Shown here: positions 56,024 to 64,000 of the stretch, piece by piece | Layout: every line of letters starts with the position of its first letter | Numbering within the stretch: position 1 is the first letter of the stretch | Assembly: GCA_951406725.2 (NCBI GenBank) | Contig: OX597820.1 | Coordinates: 8,432,001 to 8,496,000, forward strand | Source of the DNA: Octopus vulgaris | Taxonomy: Eukaryota | Direction: 5' to 3' | Length of the DNA: 64,000 nt | The notes under the pieces: model-generated | Databases searched by the model: none | What the model saw: the letters and a program-made list of their open reading frames with translations, nothing else | Told to the model about the DNA's origin: nothing | Position numbers and translations under genes: made by a program

Positions 56024-57622
56024 CGTCGTCGCTGTTGTGTTTGGAAACTCTGTTAGTGTTGTAGCAATCTCTGGAGTTGTGGATGATCATGTATTTAGCC
56101 GCTGAAAGGGGGTTTGGGCGATGCAATTATGGCGTTGATAAAAATGGGTGTCTTGTTTCTTTTGTGACTGTTTTGGGGGCGGAAGGCTTTTGAAACGTGT
56201 CGTAGCTCCGCATATGTAACAGAGAGAGTTTACGAAATAAAACAAAAGACGAAGACAGGTGGTGTACAAAACAAACAGATGTATTAGTATAACGTTCAGG
56301 AATAGAAAAAGTCTTTTACGTTTCGAGCATCTTAGCTTTCTCTTAGCTTTACGTATGTAGCATCTTAGCTTTCTCTCCTCCCGCTATCACAGACAGATGA
56401 GTGCCAGTCGTGAGGAAAACCAGGTCAGGTGTATTTCCGATGTTTTCCGTATTTGCTTGTATTGAAAGTTTCACATCCCCCCCACAAGTTTCATATGGGT
56501 AAATTATTGACCTCCATGATTGTTGCAGCCTTTTTTTTTTATATCAGCCAAGATGGCTACCACTCACCAGGTGATTTATAATTTATTATCTTCTCTTTTG
56601 CCAGGCGCTGACAACGTTAGGTTCGCACAAGAGTTTCTCATTCATCAGTGTTGTTGCGAAGTGCTATCTTGCCTCTGTCTCTGCTTCGAATCTTACTTCA
56701 GCTATACCATATTGTTCTTCTTATGTTCCCACGCATGCCCAAGGTACTTTTCCATTCGGGTCTCACTTGCATTTTTCCGGCGACCCGATTTTGTTCCGAT
56801 GCAACGGCAGATGACTGTAAATTTTAGAGTGCTTCTTCTAGCATCGGATGGAGGGCTTAGAATTACTCTTCGTCCATTTTCGTTTTAAATTTGGCCAGTT
56901 TTCAGCCGTTTTGGTTTAAATCGAATTTTTCAACATTTCTTGCAGCGGCATCAAAACAAATATCTTTTGCAGCTGCCTCACGACGCATGTTGAAATGTTT
57001 GTTTTTTACTGTTGGCCATTGCACTGATGCTGTTTCTTTTTCCTACTAGAAAAATCCTACCTGTTGGTTGAGGGTAGCGGCGACGCCGGTAGAGGTTTGC
57101 TTCTTTCAAAGTTTACTTTTTTTTGCGATTGTTGTTGTTGTCGGTCGGCATTTGTTGTGGTCATTTGACATAAGAGTTGAGACTCCGCAACTACAAAGTC
57201 CTTCCTATGTCTTGTCCGACTCCTCTAAATTTTTGGCGAAAATGCCGACTTGAAATTGTTTTAAAATACGTATATTTTACAAAATCACCGATCGAGTCCA
57301 CCCCGAAAGATGAAAATATAAGAGAAGCTTTGCAGCTCCTCAGTGCCTCTGTGAACTTATGTGACACAGTGCAAACATTTTGAATATGAATGTGCAAAAC
57401 GAACAGAATGCTGGCACCACTAACACAACAGTAATAATGGTTGCATATTTGTGTCAGTAGGCCATTAGGGGGAAGAGGGCCCCAGTACTTAACTGGTACT
57501 TATTTTATCTACCTCGAATGGATGAAAGGCGAAGTAAACCTCAGCGGAATTCGAACTCGGAACGTAAAGACCTGGAAGAAATATCGCTAAGCATTTTATT
57601 CAGTGCTCAAATGATTGTGCTG

Positions 57623-58000
57623 CTTTTTGTTTGTTTGTTTGTTGAGCGAAGTGGTCTTCGTCCAGTGGGAGAAGTCTGAAACGTGGTCCTTTGCTATTCG
57701 TAAGACCCGCAGAAGAGAAAGCAGGTCAACCCCCGACACCGAGAGCGTCCACGGATGGATGAATGCGCATCCAGGCTCAGCGGTTGCGTAGGAAGTCGGA
57801 AACAAGAAACAGGAAGAAGGAGTGAGAGAAAGTTGGAGCGAAAGAGTACAACAGGGGTCGCCACCACCCCCTGCCGGAGCCTCGTGGATCTTTGGTTGTT
57901 TTCGCTCCATAAACACACACAACGCCCGGTCTGGGAATCGAAACCGCGATCCTCCGACCGCGAGGCCGCTGCTCTAACCATTGGGCCATTGCGCTTCCAC
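57623..58000 (-). mobile_element. OR1-like SINE with an alternative 3' half, 11-bp TSD TGATTGTGCTG
   Basis: Same tRNA-like head as the 13355 and 31408 copies but a different tail ending in (AAAC)n; TSD at 57612-57622 and 58001-58011. Confidence 0.88.
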
Positions 58001-58074
58001 TGATTGTGCTGTTGTGTCGCCCTTTAAAAGCCTAAAAATAATAATAGATTTATATGAGACAGAACTGGTCCTAC

Positions 58075-58396
58075 CTTGACATTCTATTGGAATAACAAAG
58101 AGTTGGGGGTTGCGGAAAGTGACTTGGTCGGCGGTTTCTGGCATTCCATTTGACTGCTCGATCACTTGAGCGTAGACCTTCACTCCAGATATTTGGTGAT
58201 ACATGAGTAAAGGCTGGGCCCAATCAAAACACTGCTCAGCGTAAGGCCACTTGCTGCTATTCTCTGCTTGAACTATAAAGGGTAGGTCCACTTGTGAGAG
58301 TGTTTCCAGTAAAGTACAGGGTGCCAGGTTCCATCTCAACCTAATCACATCCTCGGACGAGTCTAGTGAACCCAATGTAAACTTCTTCCGGTTCAT
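58075..58396 (-). CDS. Gene B first visible coding exon (start codon uncertain)
   Basis: MNRKK...WNLAP...LPFIVQ...QPLLMY...LFVIPIECQG, then donor G|GTAGG in phase 1. A CAG acceptor at 58422 suggests an upstream exon. Confidence 0.78.
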
Positions 58397-58497
58397 CTCC
58401 GACCAATTCTTGTGGAAAGATCTGTTGGTAGAAATGATGTGCACAAGTATTTAATTGTTTAAGTGGTCGGTACAAGTATATATATATAGGTAGTGTG

Positions 58498-58499
<2 letters not shown>

Positions 58500-58529
<30 letters not shown>

Positions 58530-59082
58530 TGTATGTATGTATGAATGTATGTATGTATGAATGAATGAATGTATGTATGTATGTATGTATGTATGTATGT
58601 ATGTATGTATGTATGTATGTATGAATGAATGTATGTATGTATGTATGTATGTATGTATGTATGTATGTATGTATGAATGAATGTATGTATGTATGTATGT
58701 ATGTATGTATGCATGCATGTATGTATGTATGTATGTATGTATGTATGTATGCATGCATGTATGTATGTATGTTTGTATATATGTTTGTATGTATGTATGT
58801 ATGTATGTATGTATGTATGTGTGTGTATGTGTGTGTGTATGTATGTATGTATGTATGTATGTATGTATGTATGTATGCATGCATGTATGTATGTATGTAT
58901 GTATGAATATATGTATGCATGTATGTATGTATGTATGCATACATGTATGTATGCATGTTTGTATATATGTTTGTATGTATGTATGTATGTATGTATGTAT
59001 GTATGTATGTATGTGTGTGTGTATGTATGTATGTATGAATGTATGTATGTATGTATGTATGTATGTATTTATGTATGTATGA

Positions 59083-59115
<33 letters not shown>

Positions 59116-59150
59116 TGTATGTATGTATGTATGTATGTATGTATGTATGA

Positions 59151-59183
<33 letters not shown>

Positions 59184-59340
59184 TGTATGAATGTATGTAT
59201 GTATGTATGTATGTATATATGTATGTATGAATGTATGTATGTATGTATATATGTATGTATGAATATATGTATGTATGTATGAATATATGAATGTATGCAT
59301 GTATGTATGTATGTATGTATGTATGTATGTATGTATGTAT
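58500..59340. repeat. Long (TATG)n microsatellite
   Basis: Directly visible. Confidence 0.95.
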
Positions 59341-59628
59341 CATATATTGTATCATGTAAGTGGTTTTACTTATCTTATAATAAACTTTTAAATACTCTTT
59401 TGACTGTTATATATAATTCTTTTTTAAATTATAAATATAAATATAAATATAAATATAAATTAATAATTTTAAATTTAAATAATTTAAATGTTAAATTTTA
59501 TATTTTATATATTTTGTAAATTATATTAATTACTTTTATTTTTATGTTTTGGTTTATGTTTTTCACAGTTTGATTTGCCTAATAGTGGTTTTATCTCTAA
59601 TTTAATTTATATATATATATACATACAC

Positions 59629-59680
<52 letters not shown>

Positions 59681-59907
59681 GCACACAGAAGCAGAGAGGG
59701 AATTGGTGGCTAGAAATATGTGGACGTAGATACAAACAAACAAACAAAAATACCCTCTTGTTGATGTTGAAATTCCAATGAAAGAGCCTTGGATCTAGGT
59801 TAGAAACCGGTTCTTTCTCTATCCGCAAGAAATCTTGAAATAAACTGAATAATGACATACATACATTCATACAAATACATATATACATACACAAACACAT
59901 ACATACA

Positions 59908-60280
59908 GCTGTGGAAATCAGCTGCCCAGCGGATGTTAACATAAAGCTGAAGATCAGTGAAAAAGAGAACACTCTTGCTGAAATATTGAGAAATCTGCAG
60001 TTACTCTATCCAGACTACGAGTTCAAGTTTATTCCTGAAATTATTGGGGCCCTGGGATATGCAACACACTACCAAAATATCAATCTTGAGAAGTTAGGCT
60101 TCTGAAAACCAGAAAGGAGAAAGCTAATTCGAAGACTACAGATCCAGTCCATTACTGGAACTGTGAAAATCTGTAAAACTTTCCTGAAGTTTATCATTTA
60201 AATAAATATAAGCGTGTCTAGATATGCAACTAGATGCATACATAAAACATACATAAAATAAAACATAGAAATCTGCGCGT
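59908..60280 (+). mobile_element. 5'-truncated copy of the 29602-32850 RLE LINE family, in (CATA)n
   Basis: EISCPADVNIKLKISEKEN...LQLLYPDY and the 3' UTR closely match 32494-32850. Confidence 0.88.
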
Positions 60281-60642
60281 ATACATACATACAAACAAAC
60301 ATACATACATACAAACAAACATACATACATACATACATACATACATACATACATACAAACATACATACATACATACATACATACATACATACATACATAC
60401 ATACACACATACATACATACATAATGTGCATGAATGTATAATACAAGAGATAAAAATCATTGACTTACATTCAGACAATTCTTCGCCAACAGACACAGTT
60501 CTACGCTTATACACTGTAAGACTGTCGCGGGTGTATATAACATTGTTAGTGAGACTACTCATACACAATATAAAATATGCGTGACATTTATTTTTATACT
60601 TGCGTGCGTGTGTGTGAGTTTGTACGTGTATGAGTATGTGCG

Positions 60643-60698
<56 letters not shown>

Positions 60699-60712
60699 TA
60701 CATACATATACT

Positions 60713-60821
<109 letters not shown>

Positions 60822-60985
60822 CACACACATATACATTTCTGTAAACACATCCACCTGTCCTATGGCAAATTACAGCGTTATTTATTCTCGGCTTGCAGTT
60901 TTTTTAATACTTTTAGCCATTGTTATATGTAAGTATATTAGACACGTGATAGATCTTTTTACCTCTGTGTGTGTGTGTGTGTGTA

Positions 60986-61028
<43 letters not shown>

Positions 61029-61557
61029 GTGCTAATGTGCTTACGTGCAGACACGTTTCTCGCGAGTGTATATATCACATACATCCTTGTGTTTATGGAT
61101 GTTTTAAGATTTATTAGGAAAGACAACAAAGGTGAGAGACAGAAAACATATTGTCTGTCTGTGTGTCTGTGTCTGTGTGTTTGCGTGTGTGAGCATGTTT
61201 GAGTATGTGTGAGTATATTACTAAATGAGTGTACACCCACGTACATATATGCATGCTTTTATATGGTTGTATATATCTATATATTGAAAGTATATGTATA
61301 TATATACATACATTCAGACATATCTATATATGATATATATATCTATATATAATATATATATGTATAGATATATATGGGTGTGTGTGCGTGTGTATAATGT
61401 GTGGTAAGTAGCTTGTTGGTAAGCAAGCTACTTACCACACATCGTTCTGGGTTCAGTCCCACTGTGAGGTACCTTGGGCAAGTATCTTCTACTGTAGCCG
61501 CGTGCCGACCAAAGCCTTGTGAGTGGATTTGGTAGCCGGAATTGGAAGAACCCTGTC

Positions 61558-61591
<34 letters not shown>

Positions 61592-62584
61592 GTGTAATAA
61601 ATAAAATATATGCATACATACATACATATATGTACGTACCTACATCTACATGTATATATACATGCATATATAAATATATATACGTGGGTACAGGACACCA
61701 CAAATAGACGTAGAACTCAACGAGAAACGAAAACGTAAAAACAAACGTGGAAACGGACCTAAACGAAAAAAACAGAGTACAAGACAAACTACACAAGGAA
61801 AAATCCCCTTTATCAGCTGTCCCTAGTTCAGCTCCAGCGTGTTTCGAAGGTGAGGACAGAACACGACTCGTGGAACTAATCCTTCCTGCGAAGGAATTAA
61901 ATAAAATTACTTCGCAGAGGGGTAAAAACAAGGAAAGTTAAACATGTGACAAAACCAGGACGTAAAAACGATACAAATAAAATTACAAAATAAAATACAA
62001 AATAAAAATACAAAAAATAAAAATACAGAATAAAATTACAAGTACGAAAATACAGTACAAGAAATAAAACAAACAAAAAACAGACAATGAGGGCCTTAAT
62101 GCTGGCCTACACGAGGAAAGATTGTAAGAGCGCTAGAAGAACAGTGTTCACTGTTAGAATGCCAGCGGCGAAAGGAAGCAACTCGCCCGGCTGTGAAAGA
62201 GATGAGGAGGAGTGAGAGAGAGAGAGATAGAGGAAGACAAGCGGCTGTGAGAGAGAGATGAGGAGGAGTGAGAGAGAGAGGGAGATAGGGAAGGAAGGGA
62301 AGGTCAAGCAAAGAGTTGTAGATGTTCGCGTCACAATTATAAATAACAAAACTTACTGGGAGGAGATGAAACGAAACGAAACGAATCGAATCGACGCGAG
62401 GTCGCTCAGTCATACAATAGTGTAATAAATAAAGATAGACCAACAATAGTACTTACCCAGCATACCTATTCCTTTAGATCCCAAGTGAACAAAACCCCTC
62501 ATATTCTTATACACACACACACATTATGTACTGTTCCATGACAGAAAATTCAACAAAAGCTTACTCCATCTGGTGAGAGATAAA

Positions 62585-62780
62585 TATTATTTTTTTAAAG
62601 GTCACAATACATGTATTAAAGCACTCCTAATAGTTTCATCTGCTGAGAGAACTCAAACATATTGTTTAGTTCGTTATGATATGTGGTTTGCGCCTGAAGA
62701 ATATGTTTGAGTTCTCTCGACAGATGAATCTATTAGGAGCGCTTTCATACATCTATTATGACTTTTAAATAAATAATATA
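62585..62780. mobile_element. Diverged fold-back element with a hammerhead-like motif at 62690-62742 (+)
   Basis: Inverted arms. The right arm reads GCGC-CTGAAGA-stem II-GAAt; the left arm keeps GAAA-CTAT-TA. Confidence 0.6.
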
Positions 62781-62822
62781 TATATCAATTCACATATATA
62801 TATAAATATAGGAATGTGTAAA

Positions 62823-62883
<61 letters not shown>

Positions 62884-63082
62884 CAGTCGCCATGATAGAT
62901 CGTTAGACACTACACCTTTTTTTTGTCTCCTTGTTTCTCTCTTTGTTTTTTCTGTGTCTCTTTCTGTAGAAGAGCGTAGGCTCGAAATATAAAAAACTTT
63001 TTCTATTCCTAAGCGTTATACTAATACATCTGTTTGTTTTGTACACCACCTGTCTTCGTCTTTTGTTTTTTTCGTAAACTCT

Positions 63083-63301
<219 letters not shown>

Positions 63302-63340
63302 CATACATGTAGAAGGTTGAAAAGGAACACACGTGTTGAT

Positions 63341-63601
63341 ATATGTGGAAAAAAAGTCAAGGTAGAAAATGCTAAAATAATTTTATAAAAAACATTTCAG
63401 TACCGGTTTCAGTCATTGAACTTTTTCAACTGTAAGTATAGAAAACAATTAAATTTTGGAAAAATATTCTTTTAAAAATCTTTTCTTTTAATTCGTTTTC
63501 CATACTTACAGTTGAAAAAGTCTCAATGACTGAAACCGGTACTGAAATGTTTTTTATAAAATTATTTATAGCATTTTCTACCTTGACTTTTTTTTCCATA
63601 T
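63341..63601. mobile_element. Fold-back element with two U3-A8 hammerhead motifs
   Basis: About 63341-63453 is the reverse complement of about 63487-63601; the same family occurs at 50826-50960. Confidence 0.8.
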
Positions 63602-64000
63602 AAATATACATATATTTTCTACATGTAGCTCATCTCTACAAATGTTCAGAACTACATTTCGTCAAAAAATTCTCTCCAAAATTGGATGTTTGAAAGAAAA
63701 GCGGAGGAGACAGTACATTTTGTATTCTAAATATAACTCAAAAAGGAGAAAAAGAAAGAGGGGAAAAAGAAGGAAAGAGGAGAGAAAAGGAAAGAGGACG
63801 AAAAGGAAAAAGAAAGAAGGGAAAAGTGGTGAAATGGAGAAAGAAAGCAAAACGACTTTCATTGATGACCACACCACACCAGTTGTTTTTTTCGTGAAGA
63901 GGTCACCATCCTTAAACCCAGTACAATACAATGGTAAATGACTAAATAAATAAATGAATGGTAAATCCCTTTTCTCCTCTCTCTCTCCCTCTCTCTACCT

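Noticed and set aside
56340-57400. Complex sequence, possibly an exon or a LINE ORF1 remnant
   Set aside because: No sustained ORF or recognisable motif.
58341-59355. Long ORFs such as [16 protein letters not shown] repeats, here and throughout the window
   Set aside because: Translations of stop-free microsatellites, not genes.
59775-59820. Hairpin plus GAAACCGGT resembling the U3-A8 family
   Set aside because: No valid NUGANNA core or stem I.

Overview
Eukaryotic, AT- and microsatellite-rich genomic DNA. Its tRNA-derived SINEs resemble the octopus OK/OR1/OR2 families, so the source is probably an octopus or other coleoid cephalopod (inference). Two spliced protein-coding genes can be rebuilt by eye, lying tail-to-tail. 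Gene A is on + with 2 exons (24207-35989, about 388 aa); gene B is on - with 3 coding exons (58396-45893, about 374 aa). Both look like single-CABIT-domain (Themis/GAREM/Serrano-like) paralogs and share a phase-1 intron at the same conserved Gly. The rest is transposon debris: a Tc1 element with TIRs, a DD37D (maT-like) transposase remnant, CR1-like LINEs, R4/Dong-like restriction-endonuclease LINEs sitting in (CATA)n, Helitron-type elements, many SINEs and Penelope-like element (PLE) remnants. The main hidden signal is about a dozen minimal type I hammerhead-ribozyme motifs from several unrelated short families. Most sit in (TA)n tracts and several form fold-back (inverted pseudo-LTR-like) structures. 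They show visible covariation, including C3-G8, U3-A8 and G3-C8 versions of the catalytic-core tertiary pair and palindromic stem-III loops typical of dimeric PLE hammerheads. All calls are by manual reading; no database search or folding program was run.
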